Source of the DNA: Candidatus Heimdallarchaeota archaeon
Lineage (GTDB): Archaea; Asgardarchaeota; Wukongarchaeia; Wukongarchaeales; JBHIFL01
Assembly: GCA_046761065.1 (NCBI GenBank)
Contig: JBHIFL010000039.1
Coordinates: 1-40,542, forward strand
Direction: 5' to 3'
DNA length: 40,542 bases
Shown here: piece by piece, positions 1 through 9,023 of the stretch
Position numbering within the stretch: the stretch's first letter is position 1
Layout: every line of letters starts with the position of its first letter
Program-made: the position numbers and the translations under genes
The notes under the pieces: model-generated
The model's input: only the letters and a program-made list of their open reading frames with translations
Told to the model about the DNA's origin: nothing
Database searches by the model: none

Positions 1-31
1 GGTAATCGAACTGGAATCGGTTAACTAGAAG

Positions 32-52
32 ATAGCTTGGGCAACAAGCTAT
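32..52. terminator. 8-bp stem-loop, possible terminator of a + strand gene ending at the window's left edge
   Basis: ATAGCTTG-ggcaa-CAAGCTAT, just after TAA (22-24) and TAG (26-28) stops. Confidence 0.3.
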
Positions 53-149
53 TAAAGTTACAAAAATCTCAAAAATTCATTTTGCTTCTTTGGATTATCT
101 AACCTATATTGATCTCTTATTTCCAAAGATTAAATAAAATAAATATGGA

Positions 150-167
150 TATAAAAAAGAAGGGGGG
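150..167 (-). terminator. C-run/U-tract archaeal-type terminator of APC permease 1
   Basis: Minus strand CCCCCCTTCTTTTTTATA ~30 nt after the stop; near-identical motif after permease 2. Confidence 0.5.
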
Positions 168-195
168 ATTTGGAGTGCTTTTTAGATTCTGACGG

Positions 196-1782
196 TTAGG
201 CAGGCGGGATTTCCTCGTATATAAGGTCAAGGTCGATTCCTTGTCGTTTTCTAACAATACGGCTGATAATGTAGACTACAATCGCTAGTATGGGGAAGAA
301 GAGCCAAAATGCCAGATAAGCCCTTAGACCATACACGAAATACACATCTGGGTCGAATAACCCATAGAACGCGATACCCATGAAGAGTGCTGATATGATA
401 CCTGCGATGGTAATCAACGGTATTCCAGCAATAGATTTATCCGCAGGGGATCCCTTGTAGAGTTCTTTTCGCCTAAATGGGAAAACAATCCCACCGATTG
501 CTGTTACAAAGTACGCGAGTGTACACATACATGTAACGACTCCAATAAAGGTCCCAAAACCTGGCCAGTAAGTATATAGAGTTAGGGCAAGTTCTGTCAC
601 TATAAATATGAATAGGATTGCGTATGTTGGGGTATGATACTTTTCATTGACTTCAGAGAGCTTGTCGGGTAAAATTCTGTCGAAGGACCATGCCATCACT
701 GCCCTGCTTGTAAATGTGAACACGAATATCATAGTCCCAAAAGGCCATAAGACGAACCCAAGTCCCATCAAGACAATAAACGCCGTGTTTGGAGCCGCAA
801 TTCCAGCGAAGAGGTTGTAGGAAGGTTGAGCAAGAACTGGATACTCTGGAAGGGGATCATAGTTGTTAAATAACCATCCCATCGCGCCGATGAATTGAGT
901 CCCAAAAGTACGTTCCATTCCTAAAGCCATAAGGATGCTTAACGGGGCAAGAATGGCTAAGGAGCCCATAATTGCTACAGTCATGTTTTTTCTGGGATTC
1001 TGAAGCTCTCCACCAGCGTAGACACTGTTCTGGGTGTAGATAACTGTCAATCCGGCATAACCAATACCAATGAGAGCGGGTGCGAGTTGGTTCCATTTGA
1101 TTACTGGGAACCCTTGAGCAGCTGCGTCACTAATTACTTGGTTATAATCTCCATACTGATTAAAGTTACTGACGAATGTGTTGTGAGAAGTGAACAGCAC
1201 AATGAAGATAGCTAAACCAACACCGATCATACCGATGATGAACATAATCTTCATCAGAAGCAAACTTCGCTTTAATCCGGTTAAAACTATTAACATTGCT
1301 AAGACAGTCATTGCAGTCGCGATGATAAAGGTGATGTTTTGCCCCGACAAATCCCAGGCTAAATTGATCAAATTTTCATTGTTAGTAACAGTACCTAAAG
1401 TCTCAAACATTGCTGCCAAACCAATAGTCATCGCCCAGTTCCCGTAGATGGCAATGAACCCACCTGCAGCTGAAATCACAGAAACATTCGCAGCAAACCC
1501 GATTATGGGGTGTAATGACCTGCTGTTATAGACGTAATCTCCACCCGAGACTGGGAACGTAGCACCGAATAATACATAGACTATGTTCATGAAAAACGCG
1601 GCAATTGTTGCAAAAACCAATGACATAGCAAGAGATGCGCCTTGGAATAGCAGTGGAACGAGCAATAACCCAAATGAACCGAAGATGAGATTCGCTAGGA
1701 GCACATTTCCGACGAGTGCGTCGATTCCTGACATACCTCTGACAAGACCGCTTGCCTCTCGAGTAAAAAGTTCTTTTGCCAT
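196..1782 (-). CDS. APC-family amino acid permease (paralogue 1)
   Basis: ~12 hydrophobic segments; LFTREASGLVR N-terminus, FPVSGGDYVYNSR, GGELQNPRKN, SRAVMAWSFDRILP..V..KYHTP; ATG 1782 preferred to GTG 1791. Confidence 0.9.
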   Translation of the reverse strand: MAKELFTREASGLVRGMSGIDALVGNVLLANLIFGSFGLLLVPLLFQGASLAMSLVFATIAAFFMNIVYVLFGATFPVSGGDYVYNSRSLHPIIGFAANVSVISAAGGFIAIYGNWAMTIGLAAMFETLGTVTNNENLINLAWDLSGQNITFIIATAMTVLAMLIVLTGLKRSLLLMKIMFIIGMIGVGLAIFIVLFTSHNTFVSNFNQYGDYNQVISDAAAQGFPVIKWNQLAPALIGIGYAGLTVIYTQNSVYAGGELQNPRKNMTVAIMGSLAILAPLSILMALGMERTFGTQFIGAMGWLFNNYDPLPEYPVLAQPSYNLFAGIAAPNTAFIVLMGLGFVLWPFGTMIFVFTFTSRAVMAWSFDRILPDKLSEVNEKYHTPTYAILFIFIVTELALTLYTYWPGFGTFIGVVTCMCTLAYFVTAIGGIVFPFRRKELYKGSPADKSIAGIPLITIAGIISALFMGIAFYGLFDPDVYFVYGLRAYLAFWLFFPILAIVVYIISRIVRKRQGIDLDLIYEEIPPA

Positions 1783-1892
1783 ATTCTTCACCTTTTACTT
1801 TTTTTCGAATGTCTTGAGTATAAAAAGATTACTCCAAACAAAGGGACTATAATTAATATAGGAGATATAGACTTTTTGAATAAACAGAAGTT

Positions 1893-2942
1893 TTATAAAG
1901 AATCTTGCTTTTTCCAATCTTCTAAAGCCTTGAAAAGAGCAGGAATGATTTTCTGGGAGTCACCAACAATTCCATAGTCTGTGATCTCAAAGATAGGTGC
2001 TCTCTTGTCCCGGTTAATCGCGACAATAGTCTCTGCCTCTAACATCCCTACTGTATGCTGAATCATGCCTGAAATCCCAATCCCTATATACAGCTTCGGA
2101 CGAACAGTCTTCCCACTTTGTCCTATCATCTGATCTTTAGAGATCCATGTCACATCAACAGCAGGTCTGGTTCCTCCAATCGCTCCCCCTATTAGTTGTG
2201 CTAACTTTTCTACAGTTTCAAAATTCTCCCGGGTACAGACTCCATACCCTACCGCTAACACAATATCAGCTTCTTCGAGTGGACTCTCTTCGGTGGTACC
2301 TTTGAATTGCTCAATGATTCTAATATTAAGAGTTTCAGGTTCTATTTTGGGTAGGAATTGGTGAATGATCCCCTGTCTTGTGAGATCTTGGTCTGGGAGG
2401 CGCATTACTCCTGGGCGGACTGTAGCAATTTGAGGACGATGGGTTGGGCAAACAACTTTCGCAAAAATATTCCCTCCGAGAGCAGGTACGATTGCCACTA
2501 GATGACGATGTGTGTCTATGTCTAACTTCACACAATCCGCTGTAAGCCCAGTTCTTAAGTTCGCCGCTATTCTTGGCGCCAAATCGCGTCCAAAGGTGGT
2601 TGCGCCAAGGAGTAAGATTTCTGGCTTAAATAGACTGGCCAGATCCGTAATTATTGTAGTATAGGCATCAATTTGAAATGGGACAAGTAATGGGTCCTTT
2701 ATCTGTAAAACTGTATCTGCACCGTGAGTAATCAGTTTATCTCCCAACCCATTGATTTCGGCTCCCATAAGAAGAGCTACCACTTTGATTCCCATCCGAG
2801 TTGCGAGCTTTCGACCTGCTCCTAAGAGTTCAAATCCGACACGCAGCAGTTTACCAGCTCGCTGTTCTGTGAAGACCCAAACTCCTCCGCGCTCTACTGG
2901 TATCTGAATGTCGGTCTCCTTTTCCTCTTGAATCAGAGCCAT
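1893..2942 (-). CDS. etfA: Electron transfer flavoprotein alpha subunit (EtfA/FixB)
   Basis: GRDLAPRIAANLRTGLTADC, PQIATVRPG, GGTRPAVD, IGQSGKTVRPKLYIGIGISGMIQH, AINRDKRAPIF; ATG 2942 abuts the etfB stop. Confidence 0.93.
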   Translation of the reverse strand: MALIQEEKETDIQIPVERGGVWVFTEQRAGKLLRVGFELLGAGRKLATRMGIKVVALLMGAEINGLGDKLITHGADTVLQIKDPLLVPFQIDAYTTIITDLASLFKPEILLLGATTFGRDLAPRIAANLRTGLTADCVKLDIDTHRHLVAIVPALGGNIFAKVVCPTHRPQIATVRPGVMRLPDQDLTRQGIIHQFLPKIEPETLNIRIIEQFKGTTEESPLEEADIVLAVGYGVCTRENFETVEKLAQLIGGAIGGTRPAVDVTWISKDQMIGQSGKTVRPKLYIGIGISGMIQHTVGMLEAETIVAINRDKRAPIFEITDYGIVGDSQKIIPALFKALEDWKKQDSL

Positions 2943-2943
2943 C

Positions 2944-3750
2944 CTAGACCATACCTCGTTCATGTAGTTTATGAACTAACAAGCGACTAACCTTGTCGGG
3001 AGGGCCTTTTAGTATTTCACCTTGTCGTTTTTTGAGTTTGGGGGTGAATAATTCCTTAGTTTCAGTTGGAGACCCTTTCGCACCAACTTTCGTGGTATTT
3101 AAATTAATGTCTTTGACTGTTAGGTATGTAATCGTCTTCTTTGCCGCATCAGCGATTCCCATTAAGGAAGGGTACCGTGGTGTATTGATCTCCTTCACCA
3201 CAGCTAGTAGGGCTGGCAGTTGTGTTTCCATTAGGAGATACCCCTCTTCTATGGTACGTTCGACTTGGATAATAAAATCTTCAATGAAATGGATCTTTCG
3301 TACATAAATGATCGCAGGGATGTCCAGCAACACTGCTAATTGGGGACCCACCTGACCAGTACCACTATCCACCGTCTCATTGCCACAAAGAATCAAATCT
3401 ACTTGGTTAAGGGTCCGGATTCCTGCCGCGAGGGTATAAGATGTTGCTAACGTGTCGGCACCTGCAAAGGCTTGGTCACAAAGAAGAATGGCCTCATCGG
3501 CGCCCATGGCCAAGGCTTCCCGTAACGTTTCCTCTGTTTGGGGCGGACCCATACTCAGAATAGTCACCCTGCCCCCCTGTTCGTCCTTTAACTGCAAAGC
3601 TGCTTCCAACGCATGTTTATCGAGCGGGTTCATTTCTGCAGGATATTCTTCGCGTCTTAAGGTCTTCGTGATAGGATCTATTCTCACTTTGGGATAGTAG
3701 TCTTGTTTAATGACTTGTTTTATACACACAACGATTTCAAGTTCTGGCAA
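2944..3750 (-). CDS. etfB: Electron transfer flavoprotein beta subunit (EtfB/FixA)
   Basis: IVVCIKQV, MNPLDKHALEAAL, SMGPP, FAGADTLATSY, GTGQVGP, INTPRYPSL, GSPT; TTG start after an AGGTGGGA RBS-like sequence. Confidence 0.93.
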   Translation of the reverse strand: MPELEIVVCIKQVIKQDYYPKVRIDPITKTLRREEYPAEMNPLDKHALEAALQLKDEQGGRVTILSMGPPQTEETLREALAMGADEAILLCDQAFAGADTLATSYTLAAGIRTLNQVDLILCGNETVDSGTGQVGPQLAVLLDIPAIIYVRKIHFIEDFIIQVERTIEEGYLLMETQLPALLAVVKEINTPRYPSLMGIADAAKKTITYLTVKDINLNTTKVGAKGSPTETKELFTPKLKKRQGEILKGPPDKVSRLLVHKLHERGMV

Positions 3751-3794
3751 GAAGATCCCACCTTAGTTAGTATTTGGGGGTAGCGTCCGACCTC

Positions 3795-4931
3795 CTAATG
3801 AAAGATGGACCTTGAAATGATCACTTTTTGAATGTGATTTGTTCCAGCTGCACTCATCATAGGGATCGTATCTCTTAGATAACGTTCTACAGGGAAATCT
3901 TTGAGACTTCCATATCCGCCATAGATTCCCACTGCCCTAACCGCCGCTTTTCTTGCGGTTTCTGTAGCTAAAATTTTTGCTCGCGCCACTTGCGTATCTA
4001 ACCGAGAGATCCCTTGGTCAACAAGCCACGCCGCATAGTAGGTCAACCACTTGGCGGCTTCCAACTCCATATCGATCTCTGCTAACTCGAATTGAATACT
4101 TTGAAAGTTTGAAATCGATTTCCCTGACAAAGTTCGTTCTTTGGCAAACTTGATTGCGGAATCCAGCGCCGCTCGTGCAACACCCAATGCAAGGGCACTA
4201 ATTCCCAATCGTCCCATGATGGTAATTGAACTGAGTCCAATTCGTAGTCCATCTCCTTCATTTCCAATAAGGTTCTTTTTTGGTATTTCACAATCCGTAA
4301 AAACCACTTCTGAGAGGTCACAGCCCCTCAATCCAATTTTTTTCTCCTGTTTACCGGAAGTAAATCCCGGCGTTCCTTTCTCGACAATGAAAGCGGACAA
4401 TCCTTTTGCCCCTTCACCCGTTTTAGCGAATGTTACACACGTTTCAGCCACTGAGCCATTTGTAATGAAATTCTTCCGCCCATTCAAAATATACTGGTCA
4501 CCCACTTGTTCCGCTTTTGTTTGCATTCCCAATGGATCAGATCCGCCAACGGGTTCGTTAAAAGCAAAACACGCTAATTTCTCGCCCTTTGCTAAAGATG
4601 GAAGATATTCCTGCTTTTGTTCTTCGGTTCCATAATTTAAGATCGGGGTCATTCCAAGCTGATCCAAACTTAGCGTAAAAGCTGTTGAAGCACAAGCACG
4701 TCCCAATTCTTCCACAATAATTGTTCGTGAAATATAGTCGAGTCCTGCACCTCCGTACTCCCGAGGAACAACAACTCCCATAAAACTCAGGCGAGCCATC
4801 TTTTTCAGAATATCCCATGGGAATTCCGCCTTTTCATCGATCTCTCGAGCTTTTGGCGCGACTTCCTTTTCGGCAAATTCTTGAGCAGCCTTTCGGAGCG
4901 CATCTTGGGTAGGTGTAAACTCAAAATTCAT
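3795..4931 (-). CDS. Acyl-CoA dehydrogenase family flavoprotein (atypical active site)
   Basis: PREYGGAG, EPVGGSD, LNGRKNFITNG, KIGLRG, FQSIQFELA, GGYG..KDFPVERYLRD; likely start MNFEFT at 4931 (the ORF-track extension looks non-coding). Confidence 0.92.
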   Translation of the reverse strand: MNFEFTPTQDALRKAAQEFAEKEVAPKAREIDEKAEFPWDILKKMARLSFMGVVVPREYGGAGLDYISRTIIVEELGRACASTAFTLSLDQLGMTPILNYGTEEQKQEYLPSLAKGEKLACFAFNEPVGGSDPLGMQTKAEQVGDQYILNGRKNFITNGSVAETCVTFAKTGEGAKGLSAFIVEKGTPGFTSGKQEKKIGLRGCDLSEVVFTDCEIPKKNLIGNEGDGLRIGLSSITIMGRLGISALALGVARAALDSAIKFAKERTLSGKSISNFQSIQFELAEIDMELEAAKWLTYYAAWLVDQGISRLDTQVARAKILATETARKAAVRAVGIYGGYGSLKDFPVERYLRDTIPMMSAAGTNHIQKVIISRSIFH

Positions 4932-5363
4932 CTGATTTACTCTCCTGCTAGGAAGTTCGAGAAGCTTAGTTGAAAAATGTTTCCCGTTAATATATATCAC
5001 ATTTTGGAGATGATCTCTAAAGCACATAGCAAAAAAGAGGAAGAATTATCAAACTAAGAATGTGAACAAGAGATTGGAAAAAGCCAAATATATGTTGTAT
5101 TGATTAAAATAATAAAAATATTCGAATCAACTAGATGTAAATTGACATATTAGAAATCTAGATCCCAGCAAGAACTTTGTTTGGTATATAAATCCCATAA
5201 AGCTGATTAAAGATTATCTGAAGTGAAAAAAACTAAAACATGTAAATTTCACTATTCTTGTTGTTTAATTGCTCTAAATATGTATTCACAGCAAGAACGA
5301 AGATAAACAATTATCAAAATTACTGCATATGTTTGTGATATTCAATTAAAAAGGAGATAAAAA

Positions 5364-6554
5364 ATGTCTTTCAATTTAAGTGAGAAGGGGCCATTAGTAA
5401 ATCTTTCCAAGAATCTTAAGAAAACAATAGGAAGCAAATTTTATACGCTTCTAGAGGAAAGGGTAGGAGGTGCTCCTTTTATTGAGGCATTAGGGCAGAA
5501 TTTTGTACCGGTTCTAACTCGATGGTCATTGGAAGCAATTCTTAACTTTTGTACCGATCGTGGGGTTTTTTCGACTCTTGAGGATGGTAAAACAGTGATA
5601 GAATTGCTCTTTGATTTAGAATGGAAGAATGAAGCAATGTTAGAAGATATACTAGATTCTCTCGTTGAACAGACAATCATACAAAAACATCGGCGCGAAT
5701 ATCGGCCTTTAGATACTCCTAAACGAATATCAGCTGATAAATTTTCTTGGTCCCGTGAATGGATTGGTCTGAGAGAGACCGATAGAAAATGGATAGAACA
5801 TTCATTTAACTATCAAATTGTTTTTCGATTTTATAACCGACTACTTTTGAATTTTGTAATGGAATCGATGACTAAGGGCATTCCAACGGTCAAACTGGGA
5901 TCTGAAGCTCCGCAACTCTGTGCCGCCTTCGACAGTCTTCTCAGATCTCCTGCGCATACAATCCCCAGGATGGCTGCTGTGGCTGCTGGTATTGTAAGAC
6001 GCGACCCAAAAACCATTCTAAATTTGAATAGCAAATCGGGTTGGGGTATCATAGAAGTCCTTCTTTGTAAAAGTGATGTAGATTTCATTCTCGGAGTAGA
6101 CTCAAATAACTATCAACTCGAAATCGCGAAAAAAAATATTGAATTGTCTCATGACAAACTTGCGTTTAAGGAAAAAGCCATCGATTTTCGAGTGATTGAC
6201 GATTTTTGTTCTCTAACAGATCAGTTGAAAGAATTTCGGGGGTCATTCGATATGGTCCTAGTTGACCAACTTCCTGCTTGGCTGCCAAAAGAAACTCATA
6301 CGACATTGGTCAACGAAATCTGGTGTATGCTGCATCCTGATGGTATTATTGCTTTATATCAACCCTTTCGGCCATCACCGGCAAGTCCATGGCCTGATGA
6401 ATGGATTCTACGTACAATTGATGGTTTTTATGGATATCCCACCGAATTTGAATTTTTGAAACTATTAAAGCGCCGTCCTATTGGAGTCACTGAATCGATT
6501 TCTACAAAATCGCAAACAATAATCCCACTTCTAGCCTATTTAATCTACATATAA
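5364..6554 (+). CDS. Class I SAM-methyltransferase-like protein with N-terminal helical/wHTH-like region and degenerate motif I
   Basis: AGGAG RBS; C-terminal half TILNLNSKSGWG..ILGVDSN..QLEIAKKN..GSFDMVLV..MLHPDG follows class I MTase strand order. Confidence 0.6.
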   Translation: MSFNLSEKGPLVNLSKNLKKTIGSKFYTLLEERVGGAPFIEALGQNFVPVLTRWSLEAILNFCTDRGVFSTLEDGKTVIELLFDLEWKNEAMLEDILDSLVEQTIIQKHRREYRPLDTPKRISADKFSWSREWIGLRETDRKWIEHSFNYQIVFRFYNRLLLNFVMESMTKGIPTVKLGSEAPQLCAAFDSLLRSPAHTIPRMAAVAAGIVRRDPKTILNLNSKSGWGIIEVLLCKSDVDFILGVDSNNYQLEIAKKNIELSHDKLAFKEKAIDFRVIDDFCSLTDQLKEFRGSFDMVLVDQLPAWLPKETHTTLVNEIWCMLHPDGIIALYQPFRPSPASPWPDEWILRTIDGFYGYPTEFEFLKLLKRRPIGVTESISTKSQTIIPLLAYLIYI

Positions 6555-6749
6555 ATCATGATTTTAAGACATGAAACGGTAGAGATAGTACTATAGTGTA
6601 AATTTCATTTCTCCAGCTATTTTTCTCTGAATGAATTATTTATCACTTTTTTTCAAAATGACAAAATCTTAATCAGACTCTTGTTAGGTTATTATAGCGG
6701 CTTAATCCTTACAATAGGGGATTATTCTTGCGTTGTAGTACTTATACAC

Positions 6750-8108
6750 TTACCAAACCATCGAATATTTTGCAAGCTTTTCATCAGCTACGTTTCCCAT
6801 TTCAACATCCTCGATGGCTTTTTCCAATCGGACAAGGCCTATTTCTGCTTCGTCTTGAGTAATGATAAGTGGAGGAGTAATTTCAATGACATTTGCATGA
6901 ATTCCCATCACAATTGTTGTTAATCCAAGTTCCCAAGCCCTATAACAAATTTTTGCCGCCGCTGCGGCCGCGGGTTCTTTTGTGTCTCTATTCTTCACTA
7001 ATTCTATGCCAATAATGAGTCCTTTGCCTCGGACATCCCCAATTATAACGTGTTCCTCTTTCATTTCTTCGAGCCGTTGCAAGATATAGATTCCTTGTTG
7101 CTTTGCGTTCTCAATTAATTTTTCCTCTTGAATTACTGCTAGAGTAGCAAGACCTGCTGCACAGGAAACAGGGTGGCCTCCCACTGTAAAAACATGAGCT
7201 CCCGTGACCGCATCCAAAACTGGTTTACGAGCCACAACCGCACTCAAGGGCATTCCTGATGCTATCGATTTTCCCAATACCACAATGGCTGGATCCACTT
7301 TCTCGTGTTCAATCGCGAACATTTTCCCCGTTCTGCCAAAACCATGTTTTACTTCATCTACTGCAAAGAGGATATCATGTTGTCTGCAAAGTTCCTCAAG
7401 GTTTGCCATATATCCCTCCGGAGGAACAATTTCCCCTCCATCAGACTGGATTGGTTCGACTAATAGACATGAGGTATCTTCTGGGGGACATATTGTTGTG
7501 AATACCTGGTCTTCTATATACTCTACACATTGCATTCCACAGCTGGGATGTTCAAGACCGAAGGGACAGCGATAGCAATACGCATAAGGGACTTTAATTA
7601 TATTTGGGAGCCCTATCACCATCTGGAGTGCTGTTAGACCGGATAGGGAATATGCACCCATGGTTTGCCCATAATAACCTCCCATGAATGAAATTATCCG
7701 CTGCCGTTTTGTAGCTAAAGTAACTGTCTTGTAAACACAGTCATTCGCATCAGATCCTGAAAGTCCAAACCATACTTTCTTCTCGAATTGACCTGGTGTG
7801 AGTTCAATTAACTTTTCTGCTAGGCTCACAGCAGCAGGATGAGAGTGAAGGACAAAGGCATTGTGTGTCACCTTTTCAACTTGCTCCTTGATGGCTTGCA
7901 AAATTCTCGGGTGGCTATAACCAGTTCCTGCTACAGCTCCTCCCGCACAAAAGTCGATGTATTCATTTCCATCAATATCTCTTAGAATTACGCCTTTAGC
8001 TTTTTCCACGATAAGTGGATAGAATCTTACCTTCGCGGTGACTCCAATCGCATTTCGATCACGCTCTAGAAACTCCCGGGCTTTCGGGCCAGGCACCTCT
8101 TTTTTCAT
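6750..8108 (-). CDS. Class-III (fold type I) PLP enzyme; 4-aminobutyrate aminotransferase-like, probably an amino-acid racemase/epimerase
   Basis: DIDGNEYIDF, FGLSGSDAND, EPIQSDGG, DEVKHGFGRTG, GKSIASGMPLS (PLP Lys), GDVRGKGL; GGAGG RBS. Confidence 0.88.
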   Translation of the reverse strand: MKKEVPGPKAREFLERDRNAIGVTAKVRFYPLIVEKAKGVILRDIDGNEYIDFCAGGAVAGTGYSHPRILQAIKEQVEKVTHNAFVLHSHPAAVSLAEKLIELTPGQFEKKVWFGLSGSDANDCVYKTVTLATKRQRIISFMGGYYGQTMGAYSLSGLTALQMVIGLPNIIKVPYAYCYRCPFGLEHPSCGMQCVEYIEDQVFTTICPPEDTSCLLVEPIQSDGGEIVPPEGYMANLEELCRQHDILFAVDEVKHGFGRTGKMFAIEHEKVDPAIVVLGKSIASGMPLSAVVARKPVLDAVTGAHVFTVGGHPVSCAAGLATLAVIQEEKLIENAKQQGIYILQRLEEMKEEHVIIGDVRGKGLIIGIELVKNRDTKEPAAAAAAKICYRAWELGLTTIVMGIHANVIEITPPLIITQDEAEIGLVRLEKAIEDVEMGNVADEKLAKYSMVW

Positions 8109-8149
8109 AATTTATCCTCCAAACATTTTTCGAATCCCATACAAACTTA

Positions 8150-8860
8150 TTATTTCGAATCCCGCTTTCTCTTTACTCGGTTTCGACCTTGTGGCATTTC
8201 CACATAAACTGTAAACGTGTCCGAAATGAGACCAGGTTCTTTTATTGTTTTAATTCCTTTATAATCATTGTAGAAAAGGTCGAATAGTATTTTTGAGGGA
8301 TCTTTAATTCTTTTTTTTCGTAATTCTCTCGGAATCATATCTAAATAATATTGTACAACCTTCTTCATCCGCACATCAGTTCGAGTACGTCTGAGATGCT
8401 GTTTTGCAGCAATTCTAACCTTAAATTTAATATGTCCCCGTAAAACTATATATATGGCTAGCAAGAGACCGATAAATGTCATGGTTGTCGGGTTAAGTAC
8501 TATGGATGCTAATGGTCTCAAAAGAATAGGAATACCTCCTGTCATAAATAATGTCATGAAAATAGCCAACGAAGCTCCATATACTATGCAAATCGTTATA
8601 ATAATTTCATTGACCCTTATCTTTAATGCAAGTCCACCCGGCGCCGATTTTATAATTGATAATGTCTTATTAATCACATTTTGGCCATATTTCAGATTGC
8701 TTCTACTATCCTTAACATTCTTAGTTCGTTCTTCTATATTTCTTGGGGTATGAAAATGCCCATCACGGACACTATCAAAATAACTAACCAACGAAAGAAG
8801 GTTTTCTATTTCATTATCTTTTAAGATAGGATTTTCCTTTCTCTTTCTGAATAAGAACAC
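8150..8860 (-). CDS. Hypothetical basic membrane protein (2 predicted TM helices)
   Basis: 236-aa ORF between permease 2 and the PLP enzyme, same strand; two hydrophobic stretches flanked by K/R-rich domains. Confidence 0.7.
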   Translation of the reverse strand: MFLFRKRKENPILKDNEIENLLSLVSYFDSVRDGHFHTPRNIEERTKNVKDSRSNLKYGQNVINKTLSIIKSAPGGLALKIRVNEIIITICIVYGASLAIFMTLFMTGGIPILLRPLASIVLNPTTMTFIGLLLAIYIVLRGHIKFKVRIAAKQHLRRTRTDVRMKKVVQYYLDMIPRELRKKRIKDPSKILFDLFYNDYKGIKTIKEPGLISDTFTVYVEMPQGRNRVKRKRDSK

Positions 8861-8977
8861 TTTTGTTTCGCCCCTGAATTGTTGGGATCCACTAATAAGA
8901 AATTGTAAATTATCATTATAAACATCATGAACTGCGGGGTCATACGATATAAATAAAAAAATCTTTTCATAACAATC

Positions 8978-8995
8978 TATAAAGAAAAAGGGGGG
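8978..8995 (-). terminator. C-run/U-tract terminator-like motif after APC permease 2
   Basis: Minus strand CCCCCCTTTTTCTTTATA ~30 nt after the stop; matches 150-167. Confidence 0.45.
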
Positions 8996-9023
8996 AGGGG
9001 ACTGGGAAGTGTGGACGGGTGGG

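Noticed and set aside
4932-5027. N-terminal extension of the ACAD in the ORF track (likewise SDR 26894-26989 and epimerase 32938-32967)
   Set aside because: Family-typical N-termini begin downstream, and the extensions cover promoter- or RBS-like sequence
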